NCBI GenBank assembly: GCA_043228905.1
Contig: JBHGNT010000021.1
Span: 9,114,001-9,178,000 of the forward strand
DNA: 64,000 nucleotides
Direction of reading: 5' to 3'
Source of the DNA: Azolla caroliniana
Lineage: Eukaryota; Plantae; Polypodiophyta
Shown here: positions 34,459-47,500 of the stretch, one piece after another
Numbering within the stretch: position 1 is the stretch's first letter
How the letters are laid out: each line of letters opens with the position of its first letter
Made by a program: the position numbers and the translations under genes
The notes under the pieces: generated by a model
Database searches by the model: none
The model's input: the letters and a program-made list of their open reading frames with translations, nothing else
Told to the model about the DNA's origin: nothing

Positions 34459-35378
34459 TGTCGTGAAGGATTTGCTTCACGATATAAAAATAAAATTGAA
34501 TATTGTATTAAGTAACATTTGAGAGACTTGAACCCACATCCTTATATACGATGTACAATGTACATACCACTAGGCTAGGCTATTTATTTGTAAAAGTGTG
34601 TAATAAATGTGCTTCATGATATAAGAATGAAGCTATATATTGTATTAAGTAAAATTGAGGGACTTGAACCGTCAACCTTGTATACCAAGCACCAAGCATA
34701 CACCACTAAGCTAGGTTAGTTATTTTAGAATAGATTTTCATCATTATACTTATCCCATATCTATTTTCATACATAGCCATCATTCATCACATGCAATGCA
34801 TGTGCGCCAAATGGCGATCATGCATTACATGTAACTCATGCATTGCATGCATGCCATGCTCCCATACATTACCATATGCATGGCAACACTTATATAAAGA
34901 GGGGCAAGGAAAACAAGAGGGAATCAAGAGAGAGGGAGAAAATAATACAATTAAGTAAAGAAGACTAGCTCATTGGGTGGAGAACCTCTCGTTTCGAAGT
35001 TGAGGTCGTGGGTTCAAATCAAGGGTCGGTAGAGAATGTGTTCAGTTTGCGATCAAGGATTGTAAAGTTGGTAAAATATTGTCTTTTTAATATACATCAT
35101 GTTTATATCAAATACTCTTGCTTCTTGATTCATACTTTGTCTCAATCTTCCTTCTTAAATCATGTTTTGTCTCTATCTTGCTTCTTGAATCATATATTAT
35201 CTCTATCTTCTATCTATTCTCGTCTCTCTCTCTCACACACATTACTTCTAACTCTTCTTCTTGCTACTCTTAACCTTTCTAACATCACCATACAAGCCTT
35301 ATTAAAAGTTAAGTTTCTTCAACTCCGCTTAACCTTAGTCCCCGCGACTTCGCCGCACGAACCACAACTACCCCAACA
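34459..35378 (+). mobile_element. solo LTR 'F' of the TGTCGTG lineage carrying three tRNA-like cassettes
   Basis: TGTCGTGAAG...TACCCCAACA (compare the G LTR end TACCCCGACA), TSD ATGT/ACGT. A/B boxes at 34521-34580 (-), 34657-34716 (-) and 34966-35025 (+). Confidence 0.78.
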
Positions 35379-37056
35379 ACGTGTGCATATGTACACATAC
35401 GTATCTACTCACACTCACGATTACACTTACACATTCACACATACACATCAACCCTTTACTCTTTCACTCTCATTACACTCAACTATTCATACATCTCGTA
35501 AGGGAACACTCACTAAGTATTCTGTTTGATATAGTTCAATGGCAAACACATGTGCAAGGAGGTCATGGTGTGTGACAATATAGGGTTTGGTAGTGGAGTT
35601 CCCGACAATGCAGTTAGATTAGAGGCAGGAAATGTTGCCGTGGTAACCCTAGGGTTGCTGAGTTTTCATAGCTCTTCGATTGGATTGAACCCCGACGACC
35701 ACTCCTAGAGCACACATTGTCGTACTTCAGTTCAAGCACCTTGAGCACTACCAATGGTCCTAGCATTGCTCTGTCACCCGGTTCAATGCGGATGAAGTTC
35801 TTCCCTAAGCCCCTAATGCTCTTGATCAATGACATGTTCTTATAGTCAAAGAAAAAGAGGGGAAAGAGTTGGGTTTGTGTGTGCTAGTGGATATATTTGA
35901 GTGTGATTGCAATGCACATGTACTTAATGTGTATGTGTTTTTATATTGAATTAAATGTGTACGTGTAAATTTGTAAGTGTTCTTGGTGTACTTCTTTGTG
36001 TGTCTTTGTCAACAAGAGAACAAATTGGCTAAGTCATGTTAGTGTGCATTTATATGTATATGTGTGTGGTATTTCATTATTCGTAAATCATTGGCATTTT
36101 GTGGGCATAAAGTTCCCCCCCTTTTTTATAGCTAAGTTTATAATGAATAAGGGGCAATGGGAAAAGTAAAAGCAAAGCTTAATGTTCAATAGTGTGAACC
36201 TTGGGCCCGATGTAAACCCTTATTCTGAGAAGTAGGGCTAATGATGCGGTTTGCTACATATTAGTTGTTAGAGGACAAGTCGACGCGATGAGTTTTACCT
36301 GTGCACTTGGATAAAGACATTTAACTTTGTAAAGTGTCCCCTAGATGTTTAACTTTTTTAAGTGCTCATCTTGAATAGAATGTAAGACATGCTATAATTA
36401 ATATGGTATATTCATCATTATATACTAACTAAAATATACAGTATGGTTTCCTACTAGTATAATTAAACAACATTATTCTCATGACTAAAATTAGTGTTTT
36501 ACGGTAATTGGAAATTGCATTATCCATAGTGTATGCTATTGTTGGTTGAGATGGTGATAATTTTTTTATGTGATGTAAATGTTCCTCTTTTACTGATAAG
36601 TGAAATTCATTTCGAGAATTTGCTAGTCAAAATTTATTTTTCCCAAAAAAACACTACTTCACATTAGTTAGCAATCAAAATATAATGGCGTTCAAACCGA
36701 ATCCACAGTGGGATCAGAATATACAACCTAGAGGAACAACTCCAAAACTAGTAAGAAAACAATGAAAATTCGTGCAACCCCTATCTCCAAGTTCCAACAA
36801 AACTAAAATAAGCCCCATTTTGCCCCATCTGTACTTATCCCAATGAAAATCAAATTCTCCAAATGGATTTCAAAATCAAAATTTAAGGTGAATTAAGATA
36901 AAAATCAAACGCAAGTCTTTAAAGATGAATAGGATCAACACCAATTCTTTGTAAAGTTTTCATTTTTGCTCATAATGGAAATCCCATGTAGAGAGAATTC
37001 TCCAATCCGTTTTGTTACGGGCATGACCATATAATATCCCGTGGTGAGAATTTACC

Positions 37057-37411
37057 GTAGTATTCTATACACGTGGATAAGTGTGAGGGTTAAACAAGAG
37101 TGTAAAGAAGGGGAGGATTACTTTTAATCCTCAGGATTGAGACAACCCATTAGGCCAAGTGTGGACTTGCCTTTACCATAGTATTCTATACACGTGGATA
37201 AGTGTGTGGGTTAAACAAGAGTGTAAAGAAGGGGAGCATTACTTTTAATCCTCAGGATTGAGACAACCCATTAGGTCAAGTGTGAACTTGCCTTTACTGT
37301 AGTATTCTATACATGTGGATAAGTGTGAGGGTTAAACAATAGTGTAAAAAAGGGGAGGATTACTTTTAGTCCTCGGGATTGAGACAACCCATTAGGCCAA
37401 GTGTGAACTTG
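37057..37411 (+). repeat. three 121-bp tandem units in the H 5' LTR (one unit in the 3' LTR)
   Basis: Units start at 37057, 37178 and 37299; each has CACGTG or CATGTG. Confidence 0.92.
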
Positions 37412-37949
37412 GCTAGGGACCTTGGGTATCGCTATAAATAAGAGGCCTAACTACCCTCATTTCATCATCTTTTGACTATGTCAAGACTCTGTTTCGTGGT
37501 GGTTCAACTCTTGTAGCGAGCACGCCAGTACCAGGTACGACTCGACACCATGGTCGTGGTATGGGACGTTGATCGAAGCTCGAGTCTGTCTTGATCCCTT
37601 CGCTCCGGGGTGGTCGGGTGGATCGACACCCTTCTTTCTCTCTCTCCTTTCTATATATCTATCTACCATTCTTTTCTCCTTATCATATGCTTACATTAGA
37701 TCATATCTCTAATAGTTGGTTTCAGAGCTCATGTTCTAATGTTTCTTTTGTTTTCTTTTGTCTTCTTGATTGATGGTGATCGATCGATGTGCGGTTGGCC
37801 TTGATCCAGTCAACGATCAACATAGGAGCTTCGGTAATCTTTCTTGTTTTTTTTTTCATTTTTCTTCTCCCTTCTAATCAATTGGTGTGTATATGGTCAT
37901 TAATTCAATGATGTTGTAGTGGTAATTAATTGGTTATATAAAACGTTTA

Positions 37950-38212
37950 CATATGTGCACGAGGTCAATACCTCATTTGACATATATTTAATATGTGATT
38001 AGTGTCGTATTCGTACGAGGTTAATACCTCAATTATGTATTACATTCACAAACATATGCTACATTTGCGTACGAGATCATTACCTTGATTTGTATGTAAA
38101 TGAAATGCGTTTGGTGTCGTATGTGTATGAGGTCAAAACCTCAATTGTGTATTACGATTAACCCTTATTTTTAGATGTTTCGTGTGCGTAGAGGGTATAT
38201 GCCTCGATTACG
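37950..38212. repeat. degenerate 56-bp-period array of GAGGT-N4-ACCTC-type hairpins in the H leader
   Basis: Motif at 37961, 38017, 38073, 38129 and 38191. Confidence 0.7.
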
Positions 38213-39389
38213 TATCTCGATTACATCATTTTTGGCTATTTTATATTACGATTTCTTTTATATATGCATATGTGGTCACGTGTATACGTATTTGATAGTA
38301 TATATGTGATAATATACATATGTGTATATAACTTATTACGTGATTTCAATATCAAATGTTTTCCTTTTCAGGGAAAGGATCTTGGTGGCCATCCTCACAT
38401 TTTTGTGAGAATGGCATTGTCACCATCCCTTTTCAACAAATTTTTATTGTTGACATCCCTGTTGGTGACTTCGATTTTGTTATGTAATGAAACAATCTTA
38501 GCCACAATGTTGTGTAGGGCTTGACCCACTTGATGTGACGTCGCTCTTATGACACACATATCCAACATCCCTCCCTCAATACATGGATACGATGCCACCA
38601 TGAGATCATTCTTACGAAAGGCATTCGTAATGACGTAACCATGTGATGGGCCACGTGGGCCTACTACGAAAAGAGGGCTCATTTGGCTTGACCATTAGGT
38701 TGCACTTTGGCGTATGCCATCGTAATTACGAGACTTGAGGTCAAGTAACGTACCAACAAAGTTTGTGGTAAACGAGGGGGCAATAAGAACTCTTGACATA
38801 TATGTTTCTTTTAAAAAAACATATATGGGCAAATGTCTCGCATATCTCTTATACGCATTAAATATTAAACATTCAAGAAGAGCAACCTACTTGGTTGGCT
38901 CAAGTGTTTAATGCATTTGTTCTCGAGGTCTCGAGTTCTAATATGACCAAGACCATACAACATCATTGATACATATGACTATAACACATGTTTAGACTTG
39001 AGGTCTAAGTGCACTTCGGGGTCCTCGTAATGGGACTTAAAGAGCCAAAACCACATATGTGGGCATCGAAACATAGTTTATTGTTAACATTTTTTTCATG
39101 TATAAACTATTCATGACGCGAACATACATGGTTGTGGCTCGGGGAGCCACCATGAAAAATTGATATAGAGATCAGGGAAAGACATTTATTTGTCACCCCC
39201 ATGGTTTTTAAAACACCTTTGTGTTACCATAGTAACCTGATCCTTAACCTCATCTCATACGTCTAGAGGGGCATTGACATGAGATCATGATATCGATTCA
39301 TGTTTGCCCATGATATGTTTACATCACGACATGATGTTATGACTATTTGTCTGACCTTATCCTATTTCTTTGCCAGAAATAATCATTCA

Positions 39390-42300
39390 ATGGCTCAAAA
39401 TAACGACTCGATGTCATCCGCTCAATCCGAAGGAACTCAAGGAAATCCTTTTGGACAAATGTCCATTGAGATGTATTTTTCACAAATAAGCCAATACCTT
39501 AGTTTCACCGCTCAACAGATGACCGAACTTCGGCAATCTCAAAGTGCTCTCGAGGCATGTTGTCATGAAGATTTTCGGCAACGGTGTGAAAATTGAATGG
39601 AATGTACAAAATTAAGTATGGTTCTTCACACAAAATATAAAACAATAATAGTGAAGATACTATTTTAGATTAGCTTAATATCTTGGTACAGGAAGATGGA
39701 GGTCTTCAAGAGCTCCCGAATGCATTTTACTACATGTGAAATGGACAACTTAGTGTCAAGTTATGTGAGTGAGAAGTTTGAGAAGAAGAAGAGAAAAACA
39801 AAATTGTGAGATATCCCACATAGATAGGACAAATCAAGATCCCACAGTATATAATCAGAGCCAAAACTTATTACTTTGTGTTTATGAGTAGATCATAGAA
39901 TGTTCAAGGTGACTTGAGCTAAACTAATCTGATGAATGGGTGTGGCCTAACTACTTGTAAAGATTTTGGCCGACCGGATCCGGCGAGATGGCGACAGGCA
40001 AGATCGGATTGAACTAGTCGGGATAGACGGATCGGTCAGTTGATCGCGATGCATGGTGTTTTGAATGTTTTCGATGTAAATTTAATACCAAAAGCTAGTA
40101 CAAACTTCAAATCCTTCCGGTCCAAAACCTCGGCGGTTCCGCCTCACGATCCGCACGTAGTGACGGATCTTTATGACAACGTGTCATTAGTTTACAACGT
40201 GAGACTAATAGACCTGATGAGTGACAGGGTGAACCATCATTTGTCATTAAGCCATTTACGGGAGAAAAAAAGGAAAGATGGGAGTCTCATTTTGAGCTCT
40301 ATCCGACACCAGATAGTACGAAGATTGCATATGTCGGCCGAGAACTAAGGGGTAAGGCCGTTGCCTGGTGGCGTGGGCTCTGTACTTTGGGGACATTGCC
40401 CGATACCTGGACAAATTTTGTCACAATTTTCAAGGGCCAATTTCTGCAACCTCCCTCTCGAACCGAGGAAGCACAAGCTTTAATGAACCTCTCTAGCAGG
40501 AAGTTTTCCTCCTAGAAGACTATGTCCACCATGCTAGAACCCAAATCCAAAACTCGGGTCTAGAAGGGGACAATTGATTAATAGTTTGTTTTGTCAATGG
40601 CATCCCCAATTCGGACTATCACTGGATAGTGCACGATAAGGATCCACAATCCTTCAAAGAGGTCGTTGAAATAGTTCTTCGCTATCAACGCACTTCGAAG
40701 AAGGACCACAACAAACCCAACGAAGCGCTCCGTACTAAGCAGTCGCAATTCACTGGGAAACACAAGACACCCAACAAATTCATGGATCACGATTGTAAGA
40801 GACAACATCCTTTTTGCGTATTTTGCAAAAGGAAGGGTCATACAAAAGAGCAATGTCGAAAGCTCCAACGAAAAGAGCACGACATCAAATCTAAAGCTGC
40901 TGACCATAAAGGTCAGATTCCTAATGTCCTTCAGGTCTATACACATCATTTAAGTAATTGTCAATGTTCTTTCCCTCAATATGTATTGGGTCCCAATGAT
41001 TTACTACATGCAAACGGGTATATCAATGGATCTCCTGTACAATTTTCGTTTGATTTGGGAAGCTCACACAACTTTGTGAATGATCGTTTGGTTCAGATAT
41101 TGGGAATCCAACCCAGCGTAAGTGATCACACCTATATGGTGCACTTGGCTGATAGAAGAGTACAATACATCAACGGGGTGATTCATTCATTAGGAATTTC
41201 TATTGATACTTATATAGAGGAAGCAGACTTCCATGTAATGAATCTTTGTACCACTAATGTAATACTAGGTTATCCCTGGTTCTATAATAAAAACTCTTCT
41301 TTATCTATTAATTGGGTTCATCATTCAATAACTTTTGTACTGAACGATTGTACTCATTTTATTCAATGTGTAAAAAAACAATCCCTCTCGATTGTTTCCT
41401 CTCCATCAATATCCAAGTTGTCTTGTTCTACTCTATTTTATTATGTACTTGATCCGGACATTCACATTTACAATATCGATAATTTCTCGATTCAGTTAAC
41501 ATATTTTGAACAACAACAACTTGATGAAATCTTAAATGATTTTCGTGATGTTTTCTCGAGTGAACTACCAGATGGTTTACCTCCTAAACGTAATATAGAC
41601 CATCGTATAGATATTGTGCCTGGTGTTGCACCAATAAGTATACCTCCTTATCGCTTAAGTCGATCCGAAGAGGATGAGGTACCTAAGCAACTCAAGGACT
41701 ATATACGAATGGGTTATATATATTATAGTAAATCTCCATGGGGTGCACCAGTTCTCTTGGTTAAAAAGAAAGAGGGCACATGGCATATGTGTATTAATTA
41801 CCGACGCTTGAATAACGTGATGATCAAGAATTCGTATCCATTGCCCCGGGCTGACAATCTAATTGACCGTCTCCAGGGAGCTCGGTATTTTACGAAACTT
41901 GATCTCCATATTGGCTACCATCAAATTCGTATAAGTGAGGACGATGTTCCTAAAATGGCATTTCGTATGCGCTATGGCCATTATGAGTTTTTGGTTATGC
42001 CTTTTGGTTTGACCAATGCTCCGGCTAAATTTCAACAAGAAATGAATGACATTTTCCGAGAACAACTTGGAAAATTTGTCGTTATTTTCTTGGATGATAT
42101 ATTAGTTTATAGTCGTACATTACAAGAACATGCTAAACATGTCATAGGTGTTGTCTTATATCAAGATGGTAAACCAATAGCAAGTGATTATGCTATAGGT
42201 GCTATCTTATATCAAGATGGTAAACCAATAGCATTCAAGACTAAGAAACTTGATTCTACTCAATGTCAGTATACCGTCCAAGAAAAGGAATTATTTGTAG

Positions 42301-43720
42301 TTATACATGCGATCAAAACATGGCACCATTATCTTTATGGAAATCGTTTTGTGGTAATTACGGACCAAGAGTCCTTGAAATATTTTTGTGACCAACAAGA
42401 CTTGAAAGGTCGTAAGGCACGATGGGCTGATCTCATCCAAGACTTTGATTTTTCCATACAATATCGTAAAGGTTCCATGAACACTGTCACTGATGCACTA
42501 AGTCGCATTCATGAAGTTAACATGCTTAGCTTCACTGAAATAACATCGGATCTTTATGATCAACTTCGAGGAAAGTATCCTGATGACAGTTATTTTGCGA
42601 AATACTAGGCAAGAGTTGAGTCTGGAACAGACACCACCACATCCTCGAAGGAATCCTTCCAGATTGCTAACGATCTGCTCTACCGTAATGGGAAGGTTTG
42701 TGTTCCAGATTTTCCTGAGGTCAAAAAGAGAATTATTTTTGAATGTCATGATGCACCCTCAACAGGGCACCCTGGAATACATCGTACACTCGTTCTCATC
42801 TCCACTCAATTCTATTGGCCTAAGATGCGTCCTAACATACATAGCTATGTGACTAAATGTCACCAATGTCAGGTTATCAAAGTTGAGCGACTTAAAGCGG
42901 CATGACTTTTATATCCCTTGGACATTCCCAATAATAATTGGGAAAGTATATCCATGGATTTTATTGTTAGCCTTCCTCGCACCCAAAAAGGCGATGATGG
43001 CATCTGGGTTATGGTTGATAGACTAACATAAATGGCCAGATTTATTGCAACTAACACCACGGTAATAGCTCCTGAATTGGCTTACCAATTCGTTGACGAG
43101 TTATTTCATTTTTATGGGTTACCGATGGATATTGTGAGTGATCGAGATCCAAAATTTACTAGTGACTTCTGGACGCAAGTCTTTAAGAAGTTAGAAACTA
43201 CATTGACCATGAGCTCCACGGATCATCCTCAATCCGATGGACAGACAGAACGAGTAAATCAAATTATTGAGGACATGCTTCAAGCATACGTTGGTGTAAA
43301 ACCCACAAAATGGGAACGTTATCTCCCAATTTAGGAATTTGCTTATAATAGCTCCAAGCATACATCGACGGGATATAGTCCTTTATGTTGATGTATGGTT
43401 TTCAGCCACGAGCCCCGATTGATGTTAATATACATCATGATGAGTTGCGAAGTACGCAAAACATTCTTCGGGATATGCAAGATATGTTGCATATTGCACG
43501 AGATAATATAAAAACAACTCAAGAAAGAGTGCATTTTCACATGTACTAGAAAGAATTCTCAATGTTAAAACAAAACAATTACGTACTAAAGAAATCTGAG
43601 AATTTAAAATAAAATGGATGGATAAATCAATAAAAGATGCCACATGGTAAAGCGAAAATACTCTCAAAACTAACTTCCCTAACTTTCCATTGCAAGAGTG
43701 CAATGTTTTAAAGAGGGGGA
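39390..43720 (+). pseudogene. H gag-pol with C-terminal chromodomain, disrupted
   Basis: gag from 39390 is split by a solo [26 protein letters not shown] protease, [11 protein letters not shown], RNase H, integrase SDRDPKFTS, and chromodomain-like EFKIKW...DATW near 43555-43690. Confidence 0.88.
39561..40178 (+). mobile_element. solo LTR of the TGTCGTG lineage in H gag
   Basis: TGTCATGAAG...TTTATGACA termini; shares CCAAAACCTCGGCGGTTCC with the E LTR; TSD ATGT/ACGT. The host frame LEA-R-VISL is restored on removal. Confidence 0.85.
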
Positions 43721-44512
43721 GTATGTTACGGGCATGACCATATAATATCCCGTGGTGAGAATTTACAGTAGTATTCTATACACGTGGATAAATGTGAGGG
43801 TTAAACGAGAGTGTAAAGAAGGGGAGGATTACTTTTAATCCTCGGGATTGAGACCAACCCATTAGGCCAAGTGTGAACTTGCTTGGGGGCCTTGGGTATC
43901 GTTATAAATAAGAGGCCTAGCTACCCTCATTTCATCATCTTTTGACTACGTCGAGACTCTGTTTCGTGGTGGTTCAACTCTTGTAGCAAGCGCGCTAGCA
44001 CCAGGTACGACTCGACGCCACAACGGTGGTATGGGACGCCGATTGAGGCTCGAGTCTGTCTCGATCCCTTCGCTCGAGGGTGGTTGGGTGGATCGAAACC
44101 CTTCTTTCTCTCTCTCCTTTCTATCCATCTATCTATCATTCTTTTCTCCTTATCATACGCTTACATTAGATCATATCTCTAATGCGTTTCATGTGAAAGA
44201 GTTTCTTTAAGATAAATAAGATCACTATCAATTTTCAAAACCAAGTGGATTAAAAGATCAACTATATTAACATCAATGACCAGACATTTAAAAGCAACAA
44301 TTCTTTAAAAATGTTGTACTCTTGCCCTTAAGGGTAATCCACTTGGACAACTTGGGCAAAATTGCAAGCATGCATGAGATAGACTAGTTTACATGAATAA
44401 GATAAAAAACAGTTTTCACTACCAAGTATGTTAAAAAGTCTAGTGTATTGATGTTCTTGACTGCATTTTAGATAACGCCAATTCACTTTATGATTTGTAG
44501 CCACAATGTCAT

Positions 44513-47500
44513 TCACATATATGATTTACTAAAGTTGTATGTGGTTAGCATATTCTTAAACCATAACGCTGAGAGCCTTGGATATCTATTGAACTCTTCA
44601 TCAACATAAATTATTCCAAACTTTTGTGTTGATAAACCATAAACGGATTCAAATCCATCAATAAGAGACCATATGTATAATCCCAAAACGTTTGACCCAT
44701 TTCTGTATTATGAAGAAGAGAAAAAGCCATTTATCGATAAATGTTAGGTCCATTTGTTAGATAAATGAGATAACATATGATAGAGGCATTACCTTATTCC
44801 GACAATCAAGGACTTCATGTATGATGAATAGTATCTTATACGATCCACATCATTAAGGCTTGCATTAAATCCAGCACCTAAAAACATAAAACAATCCACA
44901 TGATTGATATTTAGATTAAACCAACCCAACAACTAAAAACATAAAACAAGGTGTTGCAGCATTTTTTTCAATTATAAGTCTTCATTGTTAAGAATTATTT
45001 TAATGGTTATGTACTCACAAAGCATTTCATTTATTTGCCACACTTGTGAAATTAAGGTCTTACTTTTAGACATGCTATGTCTCTTAAGTAATTCTGTCTA
45101 TGCAAAGAGAACTAGACATCAACTTAATATGACACACATTTCCAAAGAGTATTTCAATGGTTGTGATTCTTATCACGAGAAATAGGAAGTTGCCAAATAC
45201 AACTTGATGCTTTTATGTATCATGACCTACATGCATCCAAGCACTTAGAGTTCAACATCTAATTAATAAAAATTGGTGGCACACAATATATTTCGAATAC
45301 AATGTAGACAACGAAAGGCCGATAATTACTATGCATAAGATTACATGTGAAGAGTTTTAGAAGTAGAAACTATTGACATTCCAAGAGAAAACCCAAACAA
45401 GAGCAATGATGACAACATGAATAGAGAGATAGATGACATTTCATGATTGTGCGTAGTAAGAGTTTATATTAGTCATATATCAAAGCATGATAATTAAGTT
45501 GTCGAATAAGTTTACACCAACGTATGGATAATTGACAAGTATATTCATTGTATCTCGTACCCCAACACCCCATCTCACATCGATGAAGAATATGTGAGCT
45601 AAGTCATATAGAAGCAATGGTTTGTACGACAAACAACATGACTTGATATAGCATGTGTAGGGGATTTCTATTTTATTCTTTTATAAATATTTTAATATGA
45701 ATGGGAAGATGTGTGCACCTACATGCATGCATGTGAAGAGTGTATCCGATTTTTTACCTAATGATGTGATGTACGTGGGGAAGTTGTCATAATGCTCCCT
45801 CACATAGGCAAGGCTTTTCTCAATGCACCATGGAACAACATAGTCTCCAGTGTACTCACCAATTGGAATGTTATCTTTATAACCTGGATCAACGAAGGCC
45901 ATGCATGGTGTGAGTATATTGGACATGAAAACATTATGAGAAACTTATGAACTTGGGTAATTGATGACTAATAATATATATGTAGATAAATATATGTATA
46001 TCACCAGTTCGTGTAATGTTAATGTCCTGCCAATATCCAGTGTTGGGAAGATAGTGATCATCGTAGGTGCAATAGATGGCGGTGACAGAATTCAAGCCAA
46101 GAAAGTCGATAGAGCCTCTCAAACGGATGGACTCCTCTGTTGTAAAATTTGGTAGGCGTGATCCTAGCATTTCCCTCATTACTTGAGGGTACTCCCCTTT
46201 AAGTAGAGGTTGTATAAACCATCCAACTGTGAATTGCATGGCCCTCTCGGATGCCTCTAGGTCTGCCGTCGAATTGCTAAGTGGCTCATACCACTTGAAC
46301 CATATGACCATTCCAATATCACCATGTTGACTTCCCTATACATATATATATATATATATATATATATCAAAGAGAGACAAGTATTATGAAGATTGCTTGG
46401 ACTAATACAATGTTATTGTTCATATGGTTGTCCAAACGTTTGCCATATTATTAATATAATATGTTTGTCCACCAATATAATGTTGTCACTTCATATAGTT
46501 TCTAGTGAGCATTAGCTTGACTTGATGCTTTTAGCTAGAGGTAGTGGTGACTCACTAGGTATTTCTGTCGATATAGTTCAACTGCCGACGCATGTGCAAG
46601 GAGGACATGGTGTGCTGCAATGTAGGGTTCAGTAGCAGAGTCCCCGATAGTGCAGTTAGATGGGAGGACGTAAGTGGGAATGCTACACCTCCCAGGCGGG
46701 GCCGCCCTCCCAGCATACCCCCATGGCACGAAGTCATTCGCCTCGTCGAATGTCACCCAATGCTTCACTCGATCCCCAAATGCATCGAAGCATACGTTGG
46801 CATAGTACACGAAATCATCTCTAGCCCCAAATAAACACCCACAATTATATATGAGAATCATAAACAACCAAATCCATTTGGTGTTCTTTCTTGTCCTATA
46901 TGCATGCATATGTATGCATATGTATGTATGTATGTATGTATGTATATATGTATGCATGCGCGGAGAGTTAAATTGATTAGTTAACATGGATGGAGTGCAC
47001 GGAAAAAAGGTACGCACATGAATAAGGGACTCAATAATCCTCCATAGCTCTCTTCCAGACTCTGCGGCATATCTTGCTCGTACAATGTCACCATAGCTTC
47101 AATCCCTGACATACCATATATATATATATATATATATATGTGGTAGTAAGTTAAGTATATATTTATTAACATGAGGAGTATATTTATGCATTAGCCACAA
47201 ATTATGTACCTGCATCGATGAGACTGTTGATTAGATCATTGTAAAAATCAATACCCGCTTGGTTAACATCACCCCTACTCCCATCTGATCAACGGATTAT
47301 ATATACGCAACAAGTCAATTCTTCTGTCAGAAATCTGCTTGGTCGTGAGCTAAAATCGGGATTAAGGAGAAATTGTGATACCCATTGTGAAGTTGCTTAC
47401 ATTGAACAAAGTATTGTGTACTACAAATTATGAATATATGCTAATTACCAATCGGTTAATTACAGAAATGGTTGGATGGATGGAATTAATTACTTGGGAG

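Larger units (their letters stand above)
37013..44184 (+). mobile_element. Ty3/gypsy chromovirus 'H', degenerate
   Basis: LTRs at 37013-37714 and 43724-44184, TSD CGTTT, PBS TGGTTTCAGAGC (iMet-like), PPT AAGAGGGGGAG. Confidence 0.92.

Noticed and set aside
35400-37000. 73-aa ORF at 35614-35835 and AT-rich flanks as a small gene or DNA-transposon end
   Set aside because: No recognisable domain, splice structure or inverted repeats.
37950-38212. Palindromic repeats with ~35-nt spacers resembling a CRISPR array
   Set aside because: The repeats are degenerate, the spacers are related to each other, there are no cas genes, and the context is a eukaryotic retrotransposon leader.
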